NCBI GenBank assembly: GCA_964243215.1
Contig: CAXTES010000002.1
Coordinates: 1 to 58,889 of the forward strand
Source of the DNA: an uncultured Microbacterium sp.
GTDB taxonomy: Bacteria; Actinomycetota; Actinomycetes; Actinomycetales; Microbacteriaceae
DNA length: 58,889 nucleotides
Direction of reading: 5' to 3'
Position numbers and translations under genes: made by a program. Below the pieces are notes generated by a model that was not told the DNA's origin, ran no database searches, and was given only the letters and a program-made list of their open reading frames with translations. Below are positions 42,368 through 50,771 of this stretch, in pieces (position 1 is the first letter of the stretch; each line of letters starts with the position of its first letter).

Positions 42368-43627
42368 ATGGGACGCGGCGACGGCAGCGGCCGGATCGTC
42401 TCGCCCGAGGGTGCGGACGACACCGGGGCCGGCATCCTGCACGTGGACATGGATGCGTTCTTCGCATCCGTCGCGATCCTCGATGACCCGTCGCTGCGCG
42501 GCAAGCCCATCATCGTCGGAGCCGCGGAGGGCCGGGGTGTCGTCTCGAGCGCTTCGTACGAGGCTCGTCGATACGGGATCCGGTCGGCGATGCCGGTGTC
42601 GCAGGCGTTGCGGCTGTGCCCCACCGCGATCACCGTGGCGCCACGCTTCGAACGCTACATCGCGATGTCCAAGCAGGTGATGCGCATCTTCGCCGACGTG
42701 ACACCCCTGGTGGAGCCGCTGTCGATCGACGAGGCCTTCCTCGATGTCCGTGGCGCGCGCCGGCTGTTGGGCAGCCCTGGCACCATCGCCCGGATGCTGC
42801 GAGCCCGTGTGCAGGACGAGACCGGCCTCACCTGCAGCATCGGCGTCGCCGCGACCAAACACGTCGCCAAGATGGCGTCGACTCTCAGCAAACCCGACGG
42901 GCTGCTCATCGTCGCCGAGCCCGACACCGCCGCCTTCCTCGCGCCGCGGTCGGTGCGATCGCTGTGGGGAGTCGGTCCGAAGGCCGCCGAAGCGCTCGAG
43001 GCGCGTGGCATCCACACGGTCGCCGATGTGCTCGACGCGCCGCGCGGTGTGCTCGACCGGGCGCTGGGCGTCGCAATGGGCGACCGGATCTGGCACCTGG
43101 CGCGCGGGATCGACGCGCGGCGCATCGAGACGCAGCGCGTCGAGAAGAGCGTCGGGCACGAGGAGACCTTCCACGCCGACATCGCGGATCGCTCGGTACT
43201 GAGGTCGGAGCTGCGGCGACTGGCCGACCGCGTCGGCGCCAGGCTGCGCGCGCACGGGTGGGAGGCGTCGACGATCTCGATCAAGGTGCGCTTCGCCGAC
43301 TTCGCGATGATCACCCGCGCGCAGACCCTTTCCGAGCCGACGGCGGTCGGCCAGCGGATCGGGGATGCCGCGCACGAGCTGTTCGACAGGATCGACCTGC
43401 GGATGCCGGTGCGCCTGGTGGGGGTGCGGGCCGAGAAGCTGCGGCCCTCGATGCAGCGCGGCACCGGGTTGTGGGATGACGACGAGGAATGGCGCCGCCT
43501 CGAGGATGCCGTGGATGACGCGGCCGCCCGATTCGGCAAGGGCTCGGTGACACGCGCCACGCTGCTGGGGAGGCGCCGCGACGTCGCGGCGCTGCCGTCG
43601 AACCCGCGCGTGGAGCCCGAGCCCTGA
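42368..43627 (+). CDS. dinB: DNA polymerase IV
   Basis: HVDMDAFFASV, SASYEARRYGIRSAM, LSIDEAFLD, AKMAS...KPDG, KSVGHEETF. Confidence 0.96.
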   Translation: MGRGDGSGRIVSPEGADDTGAGILHVDMDAFFASVAILDDPSLRGKPIIVGAAEGRGVVSSASYEARRYGIRSAMPVSQALRLCPTAITVAPRFERYIAMSKQVMRIFADVTPLVEPLSIDEAFLDVRGARRLLGSPGTIARMLRARVQDETGLTCSIGVAATKHVAKMASTLSKPDGLLIVAEPDTAAFLAPRSVRSLWGVGPKAAEALEARGIHTVADVLDAPRGVLDRALGVAMGDRIWHLARGIDARRIETQRVEKSVGHEETFHADIADRSVLRSELRRLADRVGARLRAHGWEASTISIKVRFADFAMITRAQTLSEPTAVGQRIGDAAHELFDRIDLRMPVRLVGVRAEKLRPSMQRGTGLWDDDEEWRRLEDAVDDAAARFGKGSVTRATLLGRRRDVAALPSNPRVEPEP

Positions 43628-43677
43628 CGATGGTCCAGACCCTGGGCAGCAGCATCCGCGCAGGCTAGCGTTGGAGC

Positions 43678-43998
43678 ATGCCCAACATCGCACTCGAACT
43701 CGGCCAGCAGTCCGCATCGTTCGGCGTGGCCTCCGCCTACGGCGAGCAGCAGGACGTCGGCGGGGTCCGTATCATCCCGGTGGCCATCACCTGGACCGGG
43801 TTCGGCGGTGGCTCCGACCAGGCCGGTAACGGCGGCGGCGGGGGAGGCGGATACGCGGTGCCGGTCGGCGCGTACATCCGACGGGGCGACGACCTGCGCT
43901 TCGAACCGAACATCGTGTCGCTGCTGGCCGTCGGCATCCCGTTCGTCTTCTTCGCCGGTCGCGCGCTGAGCCGTGTCATCCGCGCCCTCAAACGCTAG
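43678..43998 (+). CDS. Hypothetical protein, YtfJ/GerW-like (Gly-rich, PVGAY motif)
   Basis: IIPVA...GFGGG...GGGGGG..PVGAY; TAGCGT -10 leaderless. Confidence 0.7.
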   Translation: MPNIALELGQQSASFGVASAYGEQQDVGGVRIIPVAITWTGFGGGSDQAGNGGGGGGGYAVPVGAYIRRGDDLRFEPNIVSLLAVGIPFVFFAGRALSRVIRALKR

Positions 43999-44566
43999 GC
44001 CCGATGCGGTCGGCGTCGCTCTCGGCCGCGCCGCAGAGTCGATCGTCGCGGCGGTTGTAGATGTCGCCGCCACCAACCCGGTGGTGCTCATCGACGGGCG
44101 CAGCGGCTCGGGTAAGACGAGCCTCGCGAAAGGTCTGGTCGGACGCTGGCCGTTCCACGGAAGGGTGCAGCTGGTCGCCCTCGATTCGCTCTACCCGGGC
44201 TGGGACGGGCTGTTCGAAGGCGCCGAAACCGCTCGCGAGCTCATCCTGACGCCGCACGCGCGAGGTCTCGTCGGAGTGTGGCAGCGGTGGGATTGGGATG
44301 TCGGCGGCTTCGCCGAAGCGCACGCGGTCGACCCGTCGCTGCCGTTGATCGTCGAGGGGTCCGGGGCGCTCAATCCGGCGACGGCCCGGCTGGCCGATGT
44401 GCGGGTATGGCTCGAGTCGCCCGAGGGCTCGCGGCGACAGCGCGCGCTCAGTCGCGACGGTGACGTCTTCCGCCCGCATTGGACGCGGTGGGCCGAACAG
44501 GAGGAGCGCCATCTGTCCCGCGACCAGCCCGTCGGGCTGGCCACTCACGTGTTCTCGATCCCGTGA
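43973..44566 (+). CDS. P-loop kinase (uridine-kinase-like); start uncertain
   Basis: IDGRSGSGKT, LDSLYPGWDGL, LIVEG, RALSRDG...W..WAEQE. Confidence 0.8.
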   Translation: MSSAPSNARPDAVGVALGRAAESIVAAVVDVAATNPVVLIDGRSGSGKTSLAKGLVGRWPFHGRVQLVALDSLYPGWDGLFEGAETARELILTPHARGLVGVWQRWDWDVGGFAEAHAVDPSLPLIVEGSGALNPATARLADVRVWLESPEGSRRQRALSRDGDVFRPHWTRWAEQEERHLSRDQPVGLATHVFSIP

Positions 44567-44570
44567 CCGA

Positions 44571-45080
44571 TCAGGATGCGTCGACGGCCCGCACCAGACC
44601 GTCGAGGCGGTAGCCGAGCCAGTCGTAGATTCCGAAGCGGGGATCCTGCTCGTCGTGGTCGTCCTCGCTCTGGATCCCCAGCCGTGAGGCCAGCACCAGC
44701 CGAAGCGCCGCGAGGGTCCGCAACCAGGCCCCCGCTTGTTCGCGGTCGAGCGGGACCGGCATCACGGCGGTGACGTCGCCTTTGAGGGTCGCGGGATTGA
44801 GCCGCTTGCCGCGGACGGTCAGTGTCCGCAGCACCCCCTCGGCGTCGGTGAGACGCCGGTCGAGAAGGTCGCGCTCGGTGATGCGGCGGAACTCGAGTGC
44901 CGCAGACTCGTCGTCGGCATAGGCGTCGGGTACGAGGCGGGCGATCGCCGGATCGGCCGACGCCGCGCCGCCCTCTGCCGTCGACTCGGCGAGCAGTTCG
45001 GTGAATTGGATGAGAAGTCCGGTCAGGTGAGCCGCCTCGAGCCGGGCGATCTCGAGGACGACCACGCGCTCCTCGGTCAT
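44571..45080 (-). CDS. DUF2017 family protein
   Basis: DPAIARLVPDAY, EFRRITE, WLRTLAALRLVLASRLG, YDWLG; downstream of clpS. Confidence 0.88.
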   Translation of the reverse strand: MTEERVVVLEIARLEAAHLTGLLIQFTELLAESTAEGGAASADPAIARLVPDAYADDESAALEFRRITERDLLDRRLTDAEGVLRTLTVRGKRLNPATLKGDVTAVMPVPLDREQAGAWLRTLAALRLVLASRLGIQSEDDHDEQDPRFGIYDWLGYRLDGLVRAVDAS

Positions 45081-45376
45081 GACGGCGCCCGACGGATCGT
45101 CGCCCACAACCCGTAATCGTGCATCGCCTGCGCGTGCAGTTCCATCTGCTCGCGCGCGCCCTGCGCGACGATCGCGAAACCGTCGTTGTGCACAGCGAGC
45201 ATCAATCGCGTCGCGCGCGCCTCGGTGAAGCCGAAGTACACCCGGAACACGTGCACCACGTAGCTCATGAGGTTCACCGGATCGTTCCACACCACCGTCT
45301 CCCACGGGCCGCGGGTCTGTGTCGCGCCCTCGAGGTCGACATCCTCCCGGGTGCCGGGCGTGGTCGCGGTGCTCAT
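45077..45376 (-). CDS. clpS: ATP-dependent Clp protease adaptor ClpS
   Basis: VVWNDPVNLMSYV, LMLAVHNDG, YGLWAT. Confidence 0.94.
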   Translation of the reverse strand: MSTATTPGTREDVDLEGATQTRGPWETVVWNDPVNLMSYVVHVFRVYFGFTEARATRLMLAVHNDGFAIVAQGAREQMELHAQAMHDYGLWATIRRAPS

Positions 45377-45723
45377 GCCCATCCCAGTTCGTGGAGGCGG
45401 TCGTCGTCGATCCCGTAGAAGTGGGCGATCTCGTGCACGAGCGTGGTGTGCACTTCGGCGCGCAGCTCGTCCTCCGTCTCGCACGCGGCCAGATGCGGCT
45501 CGCGATACACGATGATCCGGTCGGGCAGTTCTCCGGTGCCGTAGCGGTCGCGTTCGGTCAGCGCCCAGCCGTCGTACAACCCCAGCAGGTCCAGGTCACC
45601 GTCCTCGGGCCGGTCTTCGACGACGAACACGACGTTGTCCAGTCCCTCGACCATGTCGTCGGGCAGCAGATCGAGCTGCGCGGTGACGAGTGCCTCGAAC
45701 TCGGCGGCATCCATCTCACGCAC
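45373..45723 (-). CDS. Zincin-like (Zincin_1) metallopeptidase family protein
   Basis: LLGLYDG, LPDRIIVYR, HEIAHFYG (HExxH); start at 45723 or 45714. Confidence 0.88.
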   Translation of the reverse strand: MREMDAAEFEALVTAQLDLLPDDMVEGLDNVVFVVEDRPEDGDLDLLGLYDGWALTERDRYGTGELPDRIIVYREPHLAACETEDELRAEVHTTLVHEIAHFYGIDDDRLHELGWA

Positions 45724-45740
45724 GATCGTCGCGATCTCGG

Positions 45741-45814
45741 GGTGAGTAACGGGACTTGAACCCGCGACCCCCTGGACCACAACCAGGTGCTCTACCAACT
45801 GAGCTATACCCACC
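45741..45814 (-). tRNA. tRNA-His (GTG), G-1 encoded, CCA not encoded
   Basis: G GTGGGTA TAGCTCAGTTGGTAGAGCA CCTGG TTGTGGT CCAGG GGGTC GCGGG TTCAAGT CCCGT TACTCAC C. Confidence 0.95.
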
Positions 45815-45849
45815 GTGTGCCCGCCTGCACGGGCAACCACACGATTCTC

Positions 45850-46476
45850 TCATACGCCCGCGTCGTACGACGACACGACGGATGCCGCGATCGCGCGAGC
45901 GGCGTCGCTGTTGGGACCGGGCTCGGGCACGAACACCGCCTGCCGGTAATAGACCAGTTCGCGGATGGAGTCGCGGATGTCGGCGAGCGCCCGGTGACCG
46001 CCGTTCTTCTCGGGCGCGTGGATGTACGCGCGGGTGTACCACCGGCGGCTGAGCTCTTTGATGCTCGACACGTCGACGTTGCGATAGTGCAACCACCTGT
46101 CCACGCGGGGCATGTACTTGGCGAGGAACATCCGGTCGGTACCGATGGTGTTGCCCGCCAGCGGCGCCTTGCCCTCCTGGGGCACGAAGCGCTGGATGTA
46201 CTCGAGAGTCTGGAACTCTGCATCCGCGAGTGAGACTCCCTGCGGAATCTCGTCGTAGAGGCCCGAGGACTTGTGCATCTCGGTCACGTACTCATTCATG
46301 TGGGCGAGAGCCGTGGCATCCGGCTTGATGACGATGTGGAAGCCATCGTCGAGCGGATGCAGTTCGAAATCGGTGACCACCACCGCGATCTCGACGAGTT
46401 CGTCGACCTCGAGGTCGAGCCCCGTCATCTCGCAATCGATCCAGACGAGCCGGTCGTTCGCGGAGGAGCCCACCAT
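45850..46476 (-). CDS. orn: Oligoribonuclease
   Basis: LVWIDCEMTGL, MHKSSGL, PLAGNTIGTDR.FL, HYRNVDVSSIKEL, HRALADI; TAGGAT -10 leaderless. Confidence 0.96.
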   Translation of the reverse strand: MVGSSANDRLVWIDCEMTGLDLEVDELVEIAVVVTDFELHPLDDGFHIVIKPDATALAHMNEYVTEMHKSSGLYDEIPQGVSLADAEFQTLEYIQRFVPQEGKAPLAGNTIGTDRMFLAKYMPRVDRWLHYRNVDVSSIKELSRRWYTRAYIHAPEKNGGHRALADIRDSIRELVYYRQAVFVPEPGPNSDAARAIAASVVSSYDAGV

Positions 46477-46522
46477 GCCGACCATCCTAATGAGCCGGTG
46501 GTACACGCCTTCCGTGGGGCTA

Positions 46523-46545
46523 TCGGGGTTGACACGGAACCCCGA
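46523..46545 (-). terminator. Hairpin just downstream of tRNA-Arg
   Basis: tcggggtt-gacacgg-aaccccga, 8-bp stem. Confidence 0.55.
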
Positions 46546-46553
46546 CGGGTCGG

Positions 46554-46626
46554 CCCCTCCGGGAGGATTCGAACCCCCGACCAAGCGGGTAGAAACCGCT
46601 CGCTCTGTCCCCTGAGCTACGGAGGG
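46554..46626 (-). tRNA. tRNA-Arg (TCT)
   Basis: CCCTCCG TA GCTC AGGGGACA GAGC G AGCGG TTTCTAC CCGCT TGGTC GGGGG TTCGAAT CCTCC CGGAGGG G. Confidence 0.93.
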
Positions 46627-46709
46627 AGGGGATTCAAGCGTACTGCGGGACGCTGCTTCTCGAAGGCGAGGACGCAGCGTAGCGTCGAGGCAACGGAAGG
46701 GAGTTCGAC

Positions 46710-46922
46710 ATGGGCACCACCGAAACTCACCACGCACTCTGGGTCGCATACGGCAAGTCGGGCGTGGTGGGAACGATCCGCAAGGATGACGCCGCCTACA
46801 CCGTGACGATGGCCGGGGCAGGCGAATCGCAGGGTACGTACCCCAGCATGGACATCGCCAAGAACGCGCTGTACTCGCAACTGACCCCGGGATCCGACTG
46901 GCCGGAGTTCCGCGAGCACTGA
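46710..46922 (+). CDS. Small hypothetical protein (70 aa)
   Basis: RBS ggaaggga, host-like codon usage, globular-looking sequence. Confidence 0.75.
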   Translation: MGTTETHHALWVAYGKSGVVGTIRKDDAAYTVTMAGAGESQGTYPSMDIAKNALYSQLTPGSDWPEFREH

Positions 46923-47177
46923 TCACCGCGACAGCCGAAGGCACTCGACCGCATCGGCCGCCGACCAGAAATCGCCGAGCGACCTGAGCGTGCGCGTCGG
47001 CGCGTGATATCGCCGTGCGCCGTACCGGACGCCGTCCGGCGTCGGTGCGGCGTCCAGGTGCCCGAGAGCACGCCCAGCACTGTCCAGTACCCGCCACCGG
47101 TTCGCGGCGACCGGCATCAGCCGCACGCCCGATGACGCTGGCATGACATGGTCCATCTTCGATGTTGAGTGCAACAT
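46923..47177 (-). CDS. Small hypothetical protein (84 aa), probably DNA-damage inducible
   Basis: GGAGG RBS 5 nt before ATG; WRVLDSAGRALGHL...LGDFWSAADAVECL; PafBC-type promoter upstream. Confidence 0.72.
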   Translation of the reverse strand: MLHSTSKMDHVMPASSGVRLMPVAANRWRVLDSAGRALGHLDAAPTPDGVRYGARRYHAPTRTLRSLGDFWSAADAVECLRLSR

Positions 47178-47195
47178 ATCCACCTCCGAGGATCG

Positions 47196-47217
47196 AAGAT
47201 AGCTCCGACCTCCGACA
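47196..47217 (-). promoter_or_regulatory. PafBC-type promoter, exact TGTCGG-N10-TAnnnT
   Basis: Minus strand reads TGTCGG-aggtcggagc-TATCTT. Confidence 0.7.
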
Positions 47218-47414
47218 CCCGTTTCAGACGCAGTCTTGTGGCGGCATCCGCTCCTGCACAGCGTCGCGAGGGACGGTTCCCATCCCCAGATCCGCGTCCA
47301 ACCGCTCACTCCGACGCGGTCACGCGGCACAGTGGTGACGACTCCGGCGCCCGACGGGCACACGGGCGCCGGAGCAGCCGGGGACAGTCCCCGGGATCGA
47401 GAGAGGACTGGGTC

Positions 47415-47957
47415 ATGAGCGACACCATCACCATCGTCGGCAATCTCGCCGCCGAGCCGGAGCCCCGCGCGGCGGGCACGATCGCATCGTTCCGCGTGGG
47501 CAGCACGCAGCGCCGCTTCGATAAGGAGTCGGGGCGCTGGATCGACACGTACACGAACTGGTACAACGTGTCGGCCTTCAGGCAACTGGGCGCGCACGCC
47601 CTGCAGTCTCTGCACAAGGGTCAGCGCGTGATCGTCACGGGCAAGGTGAAACTGCGCGAGTGGGAGAACTCGACGGGCAGGGGAACGAGTGTCGACATCG
47701 ACGCCGAGGCGATCGGTCACGACCTGCTGTGGGGCACGTCCGAGTTCCACCGCGGAGACAACGGCGCAGGCTCCACCGAGCAGGCGGTGACCGAGTGGCG
47801 GGTACAGACCCCCGGTGAGGATCAGGGTGATGCGTGGGGGACACCGATGGCACCACCCGCTTCGGCGCCCGAGCCCAGTTCCGCCCCGGAGTCTGCTGCG
47901 GATGATCCTCGGACACCGGAGCCGGCGTATGCGGGAGCGGATGAGGCGCCGTTCTGA
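47415..47957 (+). CDS. ssb: Single-stranded DNA-binding protein (second, SsbB-like paralogue upstream of ettA)
   Basis: ITIVGNL, FRVGST.RRFD, SLHKGQRVIVTG, IGHDL, acidic tail DEAPF; RBS gagagga. Confidence 0.93.
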   Translation: MSDTITIVGNLAAEPEPRAAGTIASFRVGSTQRRFDKESGRWIDTYTNWYNVSAFRQLGAHALQSLHKGQRVIVTGKVKLREWENSTGRGTSVDIDAEAIGHDLLWGTSEFHRGDNGAGSTEQAVTEWRVQTPGEDQGDAWGTPMAPPASAPEPSSAPESAADDPRTPEPAYAGADEAPF

Positions 47958-47994
47958 ACCGGATGCCGGCACGCGATGACCCTAGACTCGCGGG

Positions 47995-48513
47995 GTGATC
48001 CGACCTGCCGCGACGGTGCTCCGGCCCGCGGCCGGACTGGCGGCGGTGATCGTGGCATGCGCTGCGGTGCTGGCCGGATGCACGGGATCTCCGGACGCAT
48101 CGTCGACTGCCACCGTCGCCCCGACGACCGCCTCGCCGGCATCCACTCCACCACCGAGCACTGCGCCGTCGCAGCCCCCCGCGCTGCGACCGAACGGGAG
48201 CGCCGCCGACAACCTGCCGGTGTTCCGCTTCGACGTGAGTGAGGTGTGGAACTCTCCCGACGCGGCGTCGGGACGCGCGTACATCGATGCGCTCGTCGCG
48301 GCCGGTTTTGATAAGTCCGCCATGCAGGTGACCGAAGACACCACGACGATCGGCGATCCGGCCGAGAGCATCCAGTTCTCGGTGCTGTGGCACGACGGCG
48401 AGTGTCTGGTCGGTCAGGTCGGACCCGCAACCGGAGCCCCGGTCGTCGCGGTTCTGCCCGCCGTCGGGGACGGAAGGTGCCTGATCGGCGACACGCGTCC
48501 GATCGACTGGTGA
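47995..48513 (+). CDS. Putative lipoprotein
   Basis: Lipobox VLAG-C, Pro/Thr/Ser linker, ECLVGQ...CLIG; TAGACT -10 leaderless. Confidence 0.82.
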   Translation: MIRPAATVLRPAAGLAAVIVACAAVLAGCTGSPDASSTATVAPTTASPASTPPPSTAPSQPPALRPNGSAADNLPVFRFDVSEVWNSPDAASGRAYIDALVAAGFDKSAMQVTEDTTTIGDPAESIQFSVLWHDGECLVGQVGPATGAPVVAVLPAVGDGRCLIGDTRPIDW

Positions 48514-48564
48514 ACCTGGCTGCGGCAGGGGTCATCCGGATGCGGCCGGTAGGATAGACCGGTT

Positions 48565-50247
48565 ATGGCTGAATACATCTACCAGATGGTCCGTGCCCGC
48601 AAAGCGGTCGGCGACAAGCTGATCCTCGACGACGTCACCATGGCCTTTCTGCCCGGCGCCAAGATCGGCATGGTCGGCCCGAACGGCGCCGGCAAGTCCA
48701 CGATCCTGAAGATCATGGCGGGACTCGATCAGCCCTCGAACGGCGAGGCGATGCTCAGCCCCGGCTACACGGTCGGCATCCTGATGCAGGAACCCGAGCT
48801 CGACGAATCCAAGACGGTCCTGCAGAACGTCGAGGAGGGCGTCGGTCCGATCAAGGCGAAGCTCGACCGGTTCAATGAGATCTCCGCGCTGATGGCCGAT
48901 CCCGACGCCGACTTCGACGCGCTACTGGCGGAGATGGGCAGCCTGCAGGAAGACATCGATCACGCGGACGCCTGGGACCTCGACTCCCAGCTGGAACAGG
49001 CGATGGACGCGCTTCGCACGCCCCCCGGCGACGCCGAGGTGGCCAATCTGTCCGGCGGGGAGAAGCGCCGCGTCGCCCTCACCAAGCTGCTGCTGCAAAA
49101 GCCCGACCTGCTGCTGCTGGACGAGCCCACCAACCACCTGGACGCCGAGAGCGTCCTGTGGCTCGAGCAGCACCTGCAGAAGTACCCCGGCGCGGTGATC
49201 GCGATCACGCACGACCGGTACTTCCTCGACAACGTCGCCGAGTGGATCGCCGAGGTCGACCGCGGCCGGCTGATCGGGTACGAGGGCAACTACTCCACCT
49301 ATCTGGAGAAGAAGTCGCAGCGCCTGGCCGTGCAGGGCAAGAAGGATGCCAAGCTCGCCAAGCGGCTCGCCGACGAGCTCGAATGGGTGCGCTCGAACTC
49401 CAAGGGCCGCCAGGCGAAGTCCAAGGCCCGGCTTTCGCGCTACGAGGAGATGGCCGCGGAGGCCGACCGGACGCGCAAGCTCGACTTCGAGGAGATCCAG
49501 ATCCCGCCGGGGCCGCGACTGGGCAGCATCGTGATCGAGGCCAAGAAGCTCGAGAAGGGCTTCGACGGCCGATCGCTGATCGACGGCCTCAGCTTCACTT
49601 TGCCGCCGAACGGAATCGTCGGGGTGATCGGACCGAACGGCGTCGGCAAGACCACGCTGTTCAAGACGATCGTGGGGCTCGAGCAGCTCGACGGTGGCGA
49701 GCTGAAGATCGGCGAGACCGTCAAGATCAGCTACGTCGACCAGAGCCGAGCGGGCATCGACCCCGCCAAGTCGCTGTGGGAGGTCGTCTCGGACGGGCTG
49801 GACATCATCACGGTCGGCAAGACCGAGATCCCCTCGCGCGCCTACGTATCGAAGTTCGGTTTCAAGGGTCCCGACCAGCAGAAGAAGGCCGGGGTGCTCT
49901 CCGGTGGTGAGCGCAACCGCTTGAACCTGGCTCTCACGCTCAAGCAGGGCGGCAACCTGCTGCTGCTGGACGAGCCGACCAACGACCTGGATGTAGAGAC
50001 CCTGCAGTCGCTCGAGAACGCGCTGCTGGAGTTCCCCGGTTGCGCGGTGGTGATCACGCACGATCGGTGGTTCCTCGACCGCGTCGCGACGCACATCCTG
50101 GCCTACGAGGGCACCGACGACGATCCGGACCGCTGGTACTGGTTCGAGGGCAACTTCGATGCGTACGAGCAGAACAAGATCGAACGGCTCGGGGCGGATG
50201 CCGCCAAGCCGCACCGGTCCACGTACCGCAAGCTCACGCGTGACTGA
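48565..50247 (+). CDS. ettA: Energy-dependent translational throttle protein (ABC-F)
   Basis: Two ABC cassettes (GPNGAGKS, LSGGE, LLDEPTN; GPNGVGKT), KGRQAKSKAR linker. Confidence 0.96.
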   Translation: MAEYIYQMVRARKAVGDKLILDDVTMAFLPGAKIGMVGPNGAGKSTILKIMAGLDQPSNGEAMLSPGYTVGILMQEPELDESKTVLQNVEEGVGPIKAKLDRFNEISALMADPDADFDALLAEMGSLQEDIDHADAWDLDSQLEQAMDALRTPPGDAEVANLSGGEKRRVALTKLLLQKPDLLLLDEPTNHLDAESVLWLEQHLQKYPGAVIAITHDRYFLDNVAEWIAEVDRGRLIGYEGNYSTYLEKKSQRLAVQGKKDAKLAKRLADELEWVRSNSKGRQAKSKARLSRYEEMAAEADRTRKLDFEEIQIPPGPRLGSIVIEAKKLEKGFDGRSLIDGLSFTLPPNGIVGVIGPNGVGKTTLFKTIVGLEQLDGGELKIGETVKISYVDQSRAGIDPAKSLWEVVSDGLDIITVGKTEIPSRAYVSKFGFKGPDQQKKAGVLSGGERNRLNLALTLKQGGNLLLLDEPTNDLDVETLQSLENALLEFPGCAVVITHDRWFLDRVATHILAYEGTDDDPDRWYWFEGNFDAYEQNKIERLGADAAKPHRSTYRKLTRD

Positions 50248-50752
50248 CGCGTCGACCGGGTCGACGACCGAGGCGGCGCCGCACCGGCTGCACGTTCCGA
50301 TCGCCTTGCGATGGGGAGACCTGGACGCGTTCAACCACGTCAACAACACCTCCATGCTCAAGTTGCTCGAAGAGGCGCGCGTGCGCGCATTCTGGCGAGC
50401 CGGCGACGGGGAGGAGGCGCCGCCGACCGCCGTGCTGGACTCCGGCGTGGAAGCGGGGCTGCTGACGCTGATCGCTCGGCAGGAGATCGAATATCGCCTG
50501 CCCGTCCCCTACCAGCGCAACCCGCTCGACGTGCAGCTGTGGTTCAGCCGCCTCGGCGGCTCGAGCATGGCGGTGTGCTACGAGGTGTGGAGCCCCTCCA
50601 CCGACACCGAGCAGCTGCTGTACGCGCGCTCCAGCGCGATCGTCGTGCTGGTGGATGCCGCGACCGGACGGCCGCGCCGGCTGACCGGCGAGATGCGCAC
50701 CGCGTGGGAACCGTTCCTCGGCGAGCCGGTCCGCTACAGCCGCCGGGGCTGA
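50240..50752 (+). CDS. 4-HBT/YbgC-like acyl-CoA thioesterase
   Basis: LRWGDLDAFNHVNN hotdog motif. Confidence 0.9.
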   Translation: MTDASTGSTTEAAPHRLHVPIALRWGDLDAFNHVNNTSMLKLLEEARVRAFWRAGDGEEAPPTAVLDSGVEAGLLTLIARQEIEYRLPVPYQRNPLDVQLWFSRLGGSSMAVCYEVWSPSTDTEQLLYARSSAIVVLVDAATGRPRRLTGEMRTAWEPFLGEPVRYSRRG

Positions 50753-50771
50753 CGACGGCGCCGACGTCGCG

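Noticed and set aside
45741-46626. Genomic island integrated at tRNA-His or tRNA-Arg
   Set aside because: I found no duplicated tRNA 3' ends, integrase or compositional shift; flanking genes are housekeeping.
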